From the NCBI GenBank assembly GCA_965223265.1, contig OZ244999.1:8544001-8608000 (forward strand): 64,000 nucleotides of DNA, in the 5' to 3' direction. How positions within the stretch are numbered: the first letter of the stretch is position 1; each line of letters begins with the position of its first letter. The position numbers and the translations under genes are program-made. The notes beneath the pieces were generated by a model that worked only from the letters and a program-made list of their open reading frames with translations, was not told the origin of the DNA and did no database searches. Positions 37,271 to 47,739 of the stretch are shown in pieces. This stretch comes from Planctomycetota bacterium (lineage in GTDB: Bacteria; Planctomycetota; UBA8108; SXIK01).

Positions 37271-37740
37271 GGCGGAGACGGAGACAGAGACACATCCGAC
37301 AGTTGCATAAGTTTTCGCAGGAAGGGCTCAGAAACCCTTTCCCTGAGGTTCGATCGGCAGTTGAAGGACCCGTCGGGATCGCGCACGACGAACGCGCGTT
37401 TACCGGTGCCGTTGTCGGTGTTTGGTTGCTCCTCGACCACCGCTCCGAGTCCCTGGGCGCGCTCCCATGCTGCGTCGAAGTCGTCGATCACGAACCAGAG
37501 CAGTAGGCCTTTGCCGATGTTTCCCTCCTCCGGGTGGGAAAGCGACGGGTGCTCGTGATCTCCATTCGGACCGGATGGGCCCCAACTGTGAAGGCATAGG
37601 AGGATCGTGTCGTCTTCGTCGAGGATCTGGTCGAACACCGTCCCATTCGGGTGGTTGTTGCGCGCTGCGAGCAGTTCGACGTACCACGCCGAGCTTCGGA
37701 TCACGTCCGCCACCGCGATGATCGGCCACGTCCGTTTCAC
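37087..37740 (-). CDS. VOC/glyoxalase-family protein with an aberrant C-terminus (possible pseudogene)
   Basis: VADV.RS.AWY..., LWF.IDDFDAA, F.VRDPDG; the frame then reads through non-homologous DNA into the convergent gene. Confidence 0.65.
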   Translation of the reverse strand: MKRTWPIIAVADVIRSSAWYVELLAARNNHPNGTVFDQILDEDDTILLCLHSWGPSGPNGDHEHPSLSHPEEGNIGKGLLLWFVIDDFDAAWERAQGLGAVVEEQPNTDNGTGKRAFVVRDPDGSFNCRSNLRERVSEPFLRKLMQLSDVSLSPSPPQYSARRKYSTNRPFSRGAKRPSRSCAISWVRTSSVIGAYLSTYGSHCDSCAAMAASRCSI

Positions 37741-38642
37741 GAGGCGTTTTCTTCACGCTCGCGCTTCGTCAGGTAGCGAAGGATTCCGTCGACGGTCATG
37801 AACAGCGGATTGGCAACCTCGTACTGAACGAGCTCCGTGTCCGACAGGCCGGAGGCGAGCGCTCGCTCGCGGTTCCACTCGGCGTGGGCCGCGACGATGG
37901 CATCGCGTGCTGCACCACTGTTGCGGTGGCGCGCGACGAATTCAGTGACGTCGTCGAGAACTTGGTGCAGGCGCTCGAAGTGCGCTGGGACGTCTCGCAC
38001 GGGTCCGAAGTGTGTTGGATAGATCACCGACAGGTCCTGTCGTGCGAGCGTGTCGATGGTCGTGTGCCAAGCTTCGCGGTGGAATTCTGGTGGCGGCGCC
38101 GGCGCTTGAATGAAGTCGCCGCCTTCGAGACGAACCCCTGCGGCATCGCCTGTGAACGCCACGTCTTCCATGCAAAAGACGATGTGGTGCTTCGCGTGTC
38201 CCGGCGAATCGATCGTCCTCACTTTGACGCCGCAGATGTTGACTTCTTGATCACCCTTGAGCGGTTCCAATTGGTTCGGGTCGAGCGGCGTGACCTCGCC
38301 CCACAGACGATCCATGTCATCGCCGTAGATCCGTGTCGCGCTCGCTACAAGCTTCGACGGATCCACCAAATGCGGCGCTCCCAAGTGATGGACGTGAACG
38401 CGAGCACCTTGACGTGCCCACCAGCCTGCAGCGCCGGCATGATCGAGGTGAATATGAGTTACCAGTACGTGCTGGACGTCGCCTGGCGAAACGCCGTGCA
38501 CGGCAAGCTTGCGCTTCAAAGTATCGAGCGTCGTTGTCGGTCCGGACTCAACAAGAATCGGTCCCTGCGGCGCTTCTACCAGATACACTGCGATGGAGTG
38601 CGGTACGTCCTGATGTTCGAGATCGATCGTGTGGATGCGCAT
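37737..38642 (-). CDS. MBL-fold metallo-hydrolase
   Basis: THIHLDHAG, PGHAKHH, FTGDA, PTHFG. Confidence 0.92.
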   Translation of the reverse strand: MRIHTIDLEHQDVPHSIAVYLVEAPQGPILVESGPTTTLDTLKRKLAVHGVSPGDVQHVLVTHIHLDHAGAAGWWARQGARVHVHHLGAPHLVDPSKLVASATRIYGDDMDRLWGEVTPLDPNQLEPLKGDQEVNICGVKVRTIDSPGHAKHHIVFCMEDVAFTGDAAGVRLEGGDFIQAPAPPPEFHREAWHTTIDTLARQDLSVIYPTHFGPVRDVPAHFERLHQVLDDVTEFVARHRNSGAARDAIVAAHAEWNRERALASGLSDTELVQYEVANPLFMTVDGILRYLTKREREENAS

Positions 38643-38885
38643 GGGTGTTCGGCGTCTTCTTGGGCTGCGAATCGGCGCGCATCGCGAACCGAGGAGCGCG
38701 TCGTGGATCGCTGACGATACCACTTGTTCCAGGTCCGTGCGAACCTTATGCTGAGACTTTCGATTCACGATGAACTTTCGAGGTATCCCGTCGCCTCTCG
38801 CTCCGCGTGATCGGTTTTGGCCGCTGCAACCGAATGATTTGCGAGGCGCGACCGGAGATTCGATGGTGTTTTTGAGGTCGGTCTG

Positions 38886-40295
38886 ATGTTGCAAAGGATT
38901 GGGCGCTGCCGCTTGCTCTCGGTTGCCTTCTCGCTCGTCGTGGTGACTGAGATCGACGCCGATTCTTGGCCAAGCCACCGTCACGACAGTGCACGCAGCG
39001 GCATCAGCTCGGAGCAGCTCAGCTTGCCGCTCGAAGACGCGTGGGTCTTTGCTTCACGCTATCCGCCGCAGCCCGCGTGGAGCGGGCCGGCAAGGCGCGA
39101 CGGTTGGCACAAAGTTGATCACCTCAAAGCGCGGATGATTTTCGATTGGGCGTTTCACGTCGTCATGAGCGATGACGCCGTCTTTTTTGGTTCATCGGCG
39201 GACGATCAGGTCTACGCACTCGACGCCGACGATGGGCGGGTGCGGTGGAGCTTCTTTACCGAGTCTCCGGTGCGGCTGGCCCCGACTGTGGCTTCCGGCC
39301 GCGTCTTCGTTGGTTCGGACGACGGCTTCGTTTACTGCCTTGAAGCAGTCACGGGCGAGCTCGTATGGAAGGTGCGCGGCGCCCCGCAGGCGCAGCGAGT
39401 CTCCGGCAATGGCCGCTTGATGTCGCTATGGCCAGTGCGTTCAGGAGTCGCGATAGTCGACAACACGGCGTATTTTTGCGCCGGTCTTTTCCCATTCGAG
39501 GGCGCGTACCTGTGCGCTGTCAGCGTAGATGATGGCAGCGTGGTTTGGAGGCACAAACTCGATTTCCTCGCACCGCAGGGGTACATCCTGGCTTCGGCCT
39601 CTCGGCTGTACGTGCCCATGGGGCGGGGGCGCCCGGCGATTTTCGACCGCCGTGACGGTCGACACGTTCGGACTCTGGGTGGCTCTGGCGGGACTTTCTG
39701 TCTGCTGACCGACGATCTTCTGATCTACGGCCCAGGAAAAACTGGGCAGCTGGAGGCGTTCAAAACGGAAGTGCCGGATCAGCTGGCGACGTTCCAAGGC
39801 AATCAGATGGTTGTCACCCCCGGGTCTTCGTACCTGCACACTGATACCGAGTTGACGGCTCTCGACCGAAGTCGCTATCGCGAGATCGCCGAAGCGCGGC
39901 TCGTCCTTGTGAACAGGCGCGAGTCAGTGAAGGAACAGCTCAAGAAGACCGCGAATGCCGCCGCCGAAGCCGCCAACAGCGCAGACGAGCTGCGTCAACT
40001 TTTGAGTGAAATCGAAGAGAAAATTGCAGCGAGTGAAATGTCGATGCGCGAGACGATCCTGTGGCGGCGCTCGTTTGCGTTTCCTTACTCACTCGTGCTG
40101 GCGGGAGACCTCCTTCTGGCCGGAGGAAACGACAGGGTCGCGGCTGTCAGTCGCGACAGCGGAGAGACGATGTGGAGCGCAGCGGTGACCGGACGGGCGC
40201 TCGATCTTGCCGTCGCCTCCGGGCGTCTCATCGTCAGCACCGATCGGGGGACGATTCACTGTTTTCGCAGCCGGAGTGCGGAGGGCGGTGACTGA
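38886..40295 (+). CDS. PQQ-like (BamB-type) beta-propeller protein
   Basis: WP..RHD..RSG start; repeated Y.L.A..G...W docking motifs. Confidence 0.85.
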   Translation: MLQRIGRCRLLSVAFSLVVVTEIDADSWPSHRHDSARSGISSEQLSLPLEDAWVFASRYPPQPAWSGPARRDGWHKVDHLKARMIFDWAFHVVMSDDAVFFGSSADDQVYALDADDGRVRWSFFTESPVRLAPTVASGRVFVGSDDGFVYCLEAVTGELVWKVRGAPQAQRVSGNGRLMSLWPVRSGVAIVDNTAYFCAGLFPFEGAYLCAVSVDDGSVVWRHKLDFLAPQGYILASASRLYVPMGRGRPAIFDRRDGRHVRTLGGSGGTFCLLTDDLLIYGPGKTGQLEAFKTEVPDQLATFQGNQMVVTPGSSYLHTDTELTALDRSRYREIAEARLVLVNRRESVKEQLKKTANAAAEAANSADELRQLLSEIEEKIAASEMSMRETILWRRSFAFPYSLVLAGDLLLAGGNDRVAAVSRDSGETMWSAAVTGRALDLAVASGRLIVSTDRGTIHCFRSRSAEGGD

Positions 40296-43200
40296 TGGCG
40301 ATGACGCACGTTGCAGGATCCTTCGCACATCTCTGGCGGTGGCCGGTTTCGATGCGCGCGCTTTTCGTGCTGGTGGCGACTGCCGCTTTCCTGTGGGTCC
40401 CGACACGCTTGGCGTACGGCGATCCCTTAGCGCATTGGATCTTTTCTGCGCAGAGGCTCGAGCGTGCAGCGGCAGCGGACAGCGGTGAGCGCGGAGCAGG
40501 TGGTGGAATTGACGTTGGACTCGACGGTGCGCTCGACGGTGCGCTCGACGGTGCGCTCGACGGTGCGCTCGACGGTGCGCTCGACGGTGCGCTCGACGGT
40601 GCCGCGCGACTGGCAAGCGTCGTCGATGGCCCGGCTCTCACCGTGCGTGGCCGTGTTGCGTTTCGACCAGGGTTCCCCGCCGGTGCGCTGCTGATCGATG
40701 GAGACGCCACGGAGGTCGAGACTGCTTACACTCCTGACGCTGCCTATTTGCCGCGTCGCGCGTTGACCGTGTCGGCGTGGGTCGCCAACGAAAATACGGT
40801 TGAGTGGGGCGGCATTGTCGGGGCGATTCAAGACCAGCGGAACCTGCAGAAGGGATGGCTCCTGGGCTTTCGGCAATCGAGCTTCAGTTTCGGACTGGCA
40901 TCCACTGGCGCCGACGACGGCGACGGTAAGATCACCTTCGTTCGTTCGCCACACAGTCTCGAGTGGGGGCGCTGGTATCACGTTGTCGGTACCTACGACG
41001 GTGTCGAGCAGAGGCTCTATGTGGATGGTGAGCTCGTCGGTAAGTCCGCAGTGCAGCATGGCGACATCCTCTATCCGCAGGCAGCTCGGTTCCTCATTGG
41101 AGCGTTCAACGACGACGATCAGAGCTTTCGCCATCGCAGCTGGGTGCACGAGGTGCGCCTCGAAGACCGCGCTCTCTCGGCGGCGGAGGTGAAGGAGCGC
41201 TTCGCCGCCAAGCGTCACTTCTTTCCAGAGAGCCTGGATTTCTCTGTCACCCCTGTGGTCACGCGTCTGGATCGAGAATCGATCCGAATCGTCTGGTCCA
41301 CTCGCACGGAACAGCCGACGATCGTCGCGTTCGGTGATCGCCTGCCGCTGGTGCATCGACAGGTGCGGAACGAGGCGTCGACGCGGCGGCATCAGGTGGT
41401 TGTGGAAAACCTGCGCCGCGACCGCATGTACTACTATCGCATCTTCGCTGCCAGAGAAGCTCCGCGGGCTGCGGATTCGGGCGCAGACGCCGGTGCGGAA
41501 CGCCCGAAGAATCGCGATCCCTGGCGAGTTTCTCGTCTGTTCGAATTCGACGCGACGTTCGACTACACGTCACAGCCGCTGCACTGGGCCAGCACGGAAC
41601 CTTCCGCTCGCGCCCCTCTTTCTGCCGCCGAGCTGCTCGCCGACGCGGTGGTTCGTCGCGGTGTTCCAGCGCGCGGCTACTGCCTCATCCTTGGCTGCGA
41701 AGACGGTGATCTTGCCGAGGCGATGGCTCGCCGTACGGGGCTCAAGATCGTCTGCCGAGACGAAGATGCCGACAGAGTGGAACGGCTGCGCCGGCGGGTG
41801 AGCGCTGCGGGTGTCTACGGCGTCCGAGTGAGTGCGCACGTGGGGTCACTTGAGAAACTCGACTACGCGGATTTTCTCTTCAACGTGATTCTGTCGGAGC
41901 GCGCACTTGTTCGCGGTGAATTGCCCCCGAGCCCGTCGGAAGCGTGGCGTGTGCTGCAACCGGGGAGCGGTCTCGTTTACTTCCAACTGCCGGTTGTGGC
42001 AGACGCCAACGAGCGGCCCCAGCATCGCGAGCGTTTGGAGCGTTGGTTGGACTCAGCTACAGCGACGAGTCGCGACGCCGGCGACGCCGGCTCTGCGGCG
42101 ATCTGGGCCTCGGCACGCCGCGAGGAGTTGCCCGCCGCGGGCGAGTGGACGCATCAGTACGCAGATGCTGGTCATTCGGCGAACAGTGGCGACGCGATTG
42201 CAGGCGGCGACATGCGGGTTCTGTGGTTCGGAGAACCCGGGCCGCGGCCGATGGTCGATCGGGGGACGCGGTCGCCGGCGCCTCTGGCCGTGGGTGGACG
42301 CCTTTTCATCCAGGGAGATCGAAGGTTGTTCGCTCTTGACGCTTATAACGGAACGATGTTGTGGACGCTCGAGATTCCGGACCTGCGGCGGGCGAACATT
42401 CCGCGAGACGGCAGCAATATGGTGGCGACGCGCGACTCGCTTTACGTCGCCGTGCGGGATCGTTGCTGGCGGCTGGACGCTCGCACGGGAGAGATGCTGA
42501 AGGCGTTCGTGATCCCGTCTGCGTCGCGCCGCGAGGGCGACGCTGGGCGCGAGCCGGAAGATGGCCATGCAGACGCTCGCCGCAGTGAAACTCCACGAGG
42601 TGAGACTTCAACCGACGAGGCGCCGATACCGGAGTGGGGTTACGTCGGCATCGTCGGCGATGTTTTGTACGGCAGTGCGGTGCGCCGCGGCGGTTCTTAC
42701 GTCGGTGCCGACGGCGAGTGGTATGATCGGCCGGGCGAGGAATCGTTCAAGGTCGTCAGCGAACGTCTCTTCGCGCTCGACCGACGCAGCGGCGAGGTTC
42801 AATGGAGCCGCAGCGGTGGACTGGTCGTCAACTCGACGATCGCGATAGGCGACGGCAAAGTCTATCTTGTCGAGTCGCGCAGCCCAGCTGCCCGCAAGCT
42901 CCAGGCTGGTCGCGTCGGTGACGAGCTCAACACGGACCGCTATCTCGTCGCCGTTGACGCCGCCACCGGCGAGGATGCCTGGGAGCAGTACTACGACTTT
43001 AGTGAAGGTCGTTTCGTTTTCTACCTGACGTACTCAGCCGGGACGCTGTTTGCGCTGAGCACCTCGGACAAGTATCACGCCTATGCTTTCGACGCATCGA
43101 AGGGCGACCTCCTGTGGAAGAAGACGTATCCATGGGCGCGCGATCACCACGGGGGTGCCATGCAGCACCCCGTGATCGTCGAAGACACGGTCTACGCCGA

Positions 43201-43498
43201 GCCGGTTGCCCTAGGACTCAGAACCGGCGACGTCCTGCTCGACGATCTACCGCCGAGACGCGGGTGCGGCGCGATCTCGGCGTCGAAGCGAGCGCTGTTT
43301 TTTCGCGACGGCGACCACACGATGCTCGATCTGGAGACAAAGAAGCGGCGCCGTTGGTCGGGAATTCGATCGGGTTGTTGGCTCAGCATGATTTCTGCCG
43401 GGGGTATCCTCCTGGCGCCTGAGACGAGCGCGGGGTGCTTCTGCGCGCATCCGATACAAACTTCCCTTGCGTTCTTCAGTCTGAACCCCACGCCATGA
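40295..43498 (+). CDS. LamG + FN3-like + SAM-methyltransferase-like + PQQ-like propeller multidomain protein
   Basis: WYHVVGTYDG..LYVDG; LILGCEDG; WTHQYAD; ALDAYNG; C-terminal RSGCW...GC.C. Confidence 0.8.
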   Translation: MAMTHVAGSFAHLWRWPVSMRALFVLVATAAFLWVPTRLAYGDPLAHWIFSAQRLERAAAADSGERGAGGGIDVGLDGALDGALDGALDGALDGALDGALDGAARLASVVDGPALTVRGRVAFRPGFPAGALLIDGDATEVETAYTPDAAYLPRRALTVSAWVANENTVEWGGIVGAIQDQRNLQKGWLLGFRQSSFSFGLASTGADDGDGKITFVRSPHSLEWGRWYHVVGTYDGVEQRLYVDGELVGKSAVQHGDILYPQAARFLIGAFNDDDQSFRHRSWVHEVRLEDRALSAAEVKERFAAKRHFFPESLDFSVTPVVTRLDRESIRIVWSTRTEQPTIVAFGDRLPLVHRQVRNEASTRRHQVVVENLRRDRMYYYRIFAAREAPRAADSGADAGAERPKNRDPWRVSRLFEFDATFDYTSQPLHWASTEPSARAPLSAAELLADAVVRRGVPARGYCLILGCEDGDLAEAMARRTGLKIVCRDEDADRVERLRRRVSAAGVYGVRVSAHVGSLEKLDYADFLFNVILSERALVRGELPPSPSEAWRVLQPGSGLVYFQLPVVADANERPQHRERLERWLDSATATSRDAGDAGSAAIWASARREELPAAGEWTHQYADAGHSANSGDAIAGGDMRVLWFGEPGPRPMVDRGTRSPAPLAVGGRLFIQGDRRLFALDAYNGTMLWTLEIPDLRRANIPRDGSNMVATRDSLYVAVRDRCWRLDARTGEMLKAFVIPSASRREGDAGREPEDGHADARRSETPRGETSTDEAPIPEWGYVGIVGDVLYGSAVRRGGSYVGADGEWYDRPGEESFKVVSERLFALDRRSGEVQWSRSGGLVVNSTIAIGDGKVYLVESRSPAARKLQAGRVGDELNTDRYLVAVDAATGEDAWEQYYDFSEGRFVFYLTYSAGTLFALSTSDKYHAYAFDASKGDLLWKKTYPWARDHHGGAMQHPVIVEDTVYAEPVALGLRTGDVLLDDLPPRRGCGAISASKRALFFRDGDHTMLDLETKKRRRWSGIRSGCWLSMISAGGILLAPETSAGCFCAHPIQTSLAFFSLNPTP
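40520..40603 (+). repeat. In-frame 12-bp tandem repeat (CTCGACGGTGCG) x7, encoding LDGA
   Basis: Counted directly. Confidence 0.95.
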
Positions 43499-44433
43499 AT
43501 CGAACTGGCGCTGGAGAAACGAGCGCTGCGCGGACCGACGCCGGCGGCACTGTTGCGCTGATCCTCAACGTGGTCGCCTGGGGGGCGACTCCGGTGCTCC
43601 TTAAGGCCCTGACCGGGCACGTCGACGCCTGGACGGCCAACGGACTGCGTTATCCTCTAGCTGCTTGTCTCTACCTCCCGTTTGTGGTGCGAGCTGCGCG
43701 CACTCAGCGCATCCCCACGGGCGCCTGGCGTCGCGCGCTCATTCCAGCATCGCTGGCGCTGAGTGGACAGGTGCTCTGGGCGCTCTCTCCGTACTACGTT
43801 TCCGCTGAGCTGATGGCATTTCTTATCAAAGCGTCGATTCCATGGGCTCTGTTTGGCGCAATGATTCTCTTTCCGAGCGAACGCTTGCTGCTGCGTAGCC
43901 GAGCGTTCTACGGCGGCCTGGGGCTGGCTGCGGTTGGGTTCGTGGGTCTGTCATACCTTGGCGGCGCGTTTGAACATTCCGTCACCGGCGTCGGGGTGGT
44001 CATCGTGTTCTTTTGCGGGCTGTTTTTCGGGCTCTACGGAGTCAGTGTTCGCTTCTGTTTGCACGATACGCCACCCGCGTTCGCGTTCGGGATCGTGTCG
44101 CAGTACGTTGGTGCCTGCACGTTCGTTCTCATGCTCGTTCTGGGGACCACACCCATAGCCTCTGTGATGCCATCGGGGTGGATTTTGCTCGTCGCATCGT
44201 CGTTGATCGGGATCGCGCTGTCGCACACGTTTTTCTACATCGCGATTCAGCGGCTCGGCCCATCGATCGCGGCGTCTGCACACCTTGTTGGGCCGTTCGT
44301 CACCTTGGCGCTGACCCGATGGTTCTTCGCACGCGAGCTGTCGGCTGCCGAGTGGGTTTCGGGGGTGGCCATGGTCGCTGGCGGTGGCCTTCTTCTCCGC
44401 GCCCAGAGCCGTGTCGTGGCTGGCCAAACGTGA
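43495..44433 (+). CDS. DMT/EamA-family transporter
   Basis: About 10 TM helices in two EamA-like halves. Confidence 0.85.
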   Translation: MNRTGAGETSAARTDAGGTVALILNVVAWGATPVLLKALTGHVDAWTANGLRYPLAACLYLPFVVRAARTQRIPTGAWRRALIPASLALSGQVLWALSPYYVSAELMAFLIKASIPWALFGAMILFPSERLLLRSRAFYGGLGLAAVGFVGLSYLGGAFEHSVTGVGVVIVFFCGLFFGLYGVSVRFCLHDTPPAFAFGIVSQYVGACTFVLMLVLGTTPIASVMPSGWILLVASSLIGIALSHTFFYIAIQRLGPSIAASAHLVGPFVTLALTRWFFARELSAAEWVSGVAMVAGGGLLLRAQSRVVAGQT

Positions 44434-44696
44434 GAACTGCCCACTGGTTCAGTGTGGCCGGGTGGTGTTGGGGAGTTTTCACCTTCTCGATTCCGCGGCA
44501 ACCTCGTATCATAGCGCACTCTTCGGTCGTGTGATGGCGTTGCGAACGATCAGTTCCGTTCGGTCGCCCTTGTCGTAGTCGTCCCGCGAGTACTTCGCGA
44601 GTGATCGCTGCGAGGCCGCCGGACTCGTGTCAGCGGGGTGTTGGCACGCGACTTCATGTCAGTGCGTGGCGACAGAAGGTGAGGTTTTAGTTCTTC

Positions 44697-45329
44697 ATGC
44701 AGAAACGATATCCAACCGTGCTCCTATTCGGAGCCCCAGGTGCGGGGAAGGGTACCCAAGGAAAAATCCTGGGGCAGATTCCGGGATTCTATCACCTCTC
44801 CTGCGGCGAAGTTTTTCGCACGATCGATATCCATTCCGAGATCGGCAAACTGGTGTACGAGTACTCGTCGCGTGGAGAACTTGTTCCCGACGACGTCACC
44901 GTCCGCATGTGGCGCGACAACATTCACGCCCAGACGGTTCTCAGCCTATACAAGCCACATACGGATTTACTGGTACTCGACGGGATTCCACGCAACGCTG
45001 ATCAGGCCAAGTTGCTCGACGATTACATCGAAGTGCTCAAGGTCATCTACCTCGTCTGCTCGGACAAGAACGAGATGGTCAAGCGCCTGCGGCGGCGAGC
45101 ACTCAAAGAAAACCGTGCGGACGACGCGCGAGAGTCGGTGATCCTCAAGCGCTGGGAGGTGTTCGAGGAGGAAACCAAGCCGATTCTTGGCTACTACTCC
45201 AAGGAGTTGACCGCGGAAGTCGACGCCATCGGCAGTCCGGCTCACATTCTGCAGTCGATCCTGGAGCACGTTGTTCCCGTGCAGGAGACGCACTTCAGCA
45301 ATCCGGTCGGCGGTGAAATTCCCGTGTGA
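44697..45329 (+). CDS. adk: Adenylate kinase family (short LID)
   Basis: GAPGAGKGTQ, GELVPD, LDGIPR, RADD. Confidence 0.85.
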   Translation: MQKRYPTVLLFGAPGAGKGTQGKILGQIPGFYHLSCGEVFRTIDIHSEIGKLVYEYSSRGELVPDDVTVRMWRDNIHAQTVLSLYKPHTDLLVLDGIPRNADQAKLLDDYIEVLKVIYLVCSDKNEMVKRLRRRALKENRADDARESVILKRWEVFEEETKPILGYYSKELTAEVDAIGSPAHILQSILEHVVPVQETHFSNPVGGEIPV

Positions 45330-45399
45330 CGAGCGCGGGTGATTTGCCGAAAGGTAGGAATCGTCGAGAATCTTCCCGTGCCTTTTTTGGAAGCGCGTG

Positions 45400-47049
45400 A
45401 TGGCCTACCTGGAAACGTCGCTTGGAGGCGGGCAGCGCCAACTCGAGTTGGATGAGCAGCCACTCGTTATCGGACGCAGCCGTGGCTGCGGGCTCGTACT
45501 CGATGGGCTCACCGTGTCTCGACAGCACGCTCGCATAACGGGACACGAGGGCAGGTTCCAAATCGAGGACCTAAACAGTCGAGATGGCACACTCGTCAAC
45601 GGCGAACGTGTCACCGGGTCTCGCGCCTTGATCGACGGCGACACGATCAACATCTGCGACTATCGTTTCGTGTTTTTCGCAGGTTCGGCGAGCTCGAAGT
45701 CAAAGGAGCCGCCGCTGAGTTTTTCCGACCCGATCGATAGCAACACGATGATCATGTCGACGATCGATGTCGGCGCGCGTCGGTCTGTGCCGGAGGTGCA
45801 TCCAGAGGCAAAGTTACGAGCACTGCTCGAGATCAACGGATGTCTACGCGGCACACTCCGCGTCGAGGAACTCCTGCCGAAGGTGTTGGATCGACTCTTT
45901 CATATTTTTCCTGTCGCTCTGGGCGGATTCGTTTTGCTCAAGGACGACGAAAGCGGCGAGCTTGTACCAAAAACCAGTCGCAATCGGGATGGTTCGGATG
46001 CTTCGTTGCGAATGAGTCGTACCGTCGTCCGGCAAGCATTCGAGCGGGAGCAAGGAATTCTTTCGACTGACACGGCCAGTGACGATCTCTTCAAGTCCAG
46101 CGACTCGATCTCGTCGCTCGGTATTCGCTCGGTGATGTGCGTTCCTCTCATGAGCCCCGGAGGAGACGCTTTCGGAGTCCTGCAACTCCACGCAGAGGAA
46201 GGTGGTCACACGTTTTCTACCGAGGATTTGGACCTTCTCGTCAGCGTCGGCGCGACAACGGCGATGGCGCTGGAAAACGTTCGGCTTCACCATCGCCAAC
46301 TCTTGCAGGAGCGCATGCAGCGTGACGTTGAGCTGGCGAGCGATGTGCAGCGGCGATTCCTGCCGGCGCGAAACCCGGAGGTGCCGGGCTATTCGTTCTT
46401 CGCGCACTACGATTCCGCTTACTCTGTTGGCGGTGACTACTACGGGTACGTCGATCTTCCGGGCGGGCGAATCGGCATGGCCATCGGTGATGTGTCGGGC
46501 AAGGGTGTGCCAGCCGCAATGCTCATGGCTCGCCTCTCGAGCGACGTCCGCTACTCGATGACGAGCACGCCTGATGTCGCTTCTGCGATGGGAATGGTGA
46601 ATGTAGCGCTCGCCGAGGCGGAGATTGACGACAAGTTCGTCACGCTCCTCTTGATGGTTCTTGATCCCAAGGAGCACACGGTCACGCTCGCCAGCGCTGG
46701 ACATCTCCTGCCGGTTCTGCGCGACTGCGATGGAGAGTTGACCGAGCTCGGTCGCGGAACCGCTGGTATGCCACTGAACGTTGATCCACGTCCGGAGTAC
46801 ACGTATCGCCAGGCCCGTTTTGACATTGAGCCTGGAAGCGCCGTGCTCTGCTACACCGACGGCATTACGGACACGCAGAGTGCCGATAACGAGTGGTATG
46901 GCATGGAGCGGCTCTATCGAATCTTTGCTACGGCACCACCCGGTGCCGTAGCCGCCGGTGGTGCCATCCTCGACGACGTGCGCGCATTTGGCGCAGGTAT
47001 GCCCGCCGGCGACGACTTGACGCTCCTGTGCTTTGGGCGTGAGGTGTAG
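45400..47049 (+). CDS. FHA + GAF + SpoIIE (PP2C) phosphatase, RsbU-like
   Basis: IGR..VSRQHA..SRDGT; SVMCVPL; VGGDYY, GDVSGKG, YTDG, DDLT. Confidence 0.92.
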   Translation: MAYLETSLGGGQRQLELDEQPLVIGRSRGCGLVLDGLTVSRQHARITGHEGRFQIEDLNSRDGTLVNGERVTGSRALIDGDTINICDYRFVFFAGSASSKSKEPPLSFSDPIDSNTMIMSTIDVGARRSVPEVHPEAKLRALLEINGCLRGTLRVEELLPKVLDRLFHIFPVALGGFVLLKDDESGELVPKTSRNRDGSDASLRMSRTVVRQAFEREQGILSTDTASDDLFKSSDSISSLGIRSVMCVPLMSPGGDAFGVLQLHAEEGGHTFSTEDLDLLVSVGATTAMALENVRLHHRQLLQERMQRDVELASDVQRRFLPARNPEVPGYSFFAHYDSAYSVGGDYYGYVDLPGGRIGMAIGDVSGKGVPAAMLMARLSSDVRYSMTSTPDVASAMGMVNVALAEAEIDDKFVTLLLMVLDPKEHTVTLASAGHLLPVLRDCDGELTELGRGTAGMPLNVDPRPEYTYRQARFDIEPGSAVLCYTDGITDTQSADNEWYGMERLYRIFATAPPGAVAAGGAILDDVRAFGAGMPAGDDLTLLCFGREV

Positions 47050-47301
47050 GGGCCGTCGTCGCGGCGTTTCAATCGTGTCGTCCAAGCGGTGAGCAGAGCT
47101 CGCGCTCCTGTTGCCGGCCTCCGCGGACTCTGCTAACATGGTCCGCGCTTTCAATCGATGCCGTGGAACTAGCCCGCATTTCTCACCAGAATCCTGCTGC
47201 GGGCTAGTCGCTGGAATCCATTGACGTTGAGATCGTGCCTCCAGCCGATCGCAAGCGCGCTCTCTTTGTTGCGACGATCAGCGGGGCGAGGGAGTCCAAA
47301 C

Positions 47302-47739
47302 ATGTGGGAGTCACAGTTTCACGTGTCGGTACCCGCGCAGGCATGTTTCCTGAAGGCGCTTCGCGCTTACTTTACGCCTGTTCTGGCGGAGTTCTTTTCT
47401 CGCGAGGAGGCGGATCGGCTCGTTTTAGCGCTCGACGAATCGTGCTCCAACGTGATCAAGCACCAGGCGAAGCCAGAAACCTCTGGAAGAATCTCCGTTC
47501 GCCTCGATGTTGCAGCGCACGTCGTTCGTTTCGAGGTGTGCGACTACTGCTGCGAGGACGACATCCCACACATCAAACCACGCGACCTTGACAAGGTGCG
47601 ACCCGGTGGCCTCGGGATGCACTTTATTAACGAGATTATGGATAACGTTGAGTTCAAGCCTGATCGTGGTCGGCCGGACCGGATGAGTTTGGTGTTGGAG
47701 AAGGCGCGCCCGAGAGCTGCGAGCAAGACCGATGAGTAA
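47302..47739 (+). CDS. RsbW-like anti-sigma factor / Ser kinase (HATPase_c)
   Basis: LALDESCSNVIKH and GGLGMHFI..IMD. Confidence 0.88.
   Translation: MWESQFHVSVPAQACFLKALRAYFTPVLAEFFSREEADRLVLALDESCSNVIKHQAKPETSGRISVRLDVAAHVVRFEVCDYCCEDDIPHIKPRDLDKVRPGGLGMHFINEIMDNVEFKPDRGRPDRMSLVLEKARPRAASKTDE

Noticed and set aside
44642-44656. TGGCACG sigma-54-like motif upstream of adk
   Set aside because: The -12 position reads CA rather than GC.
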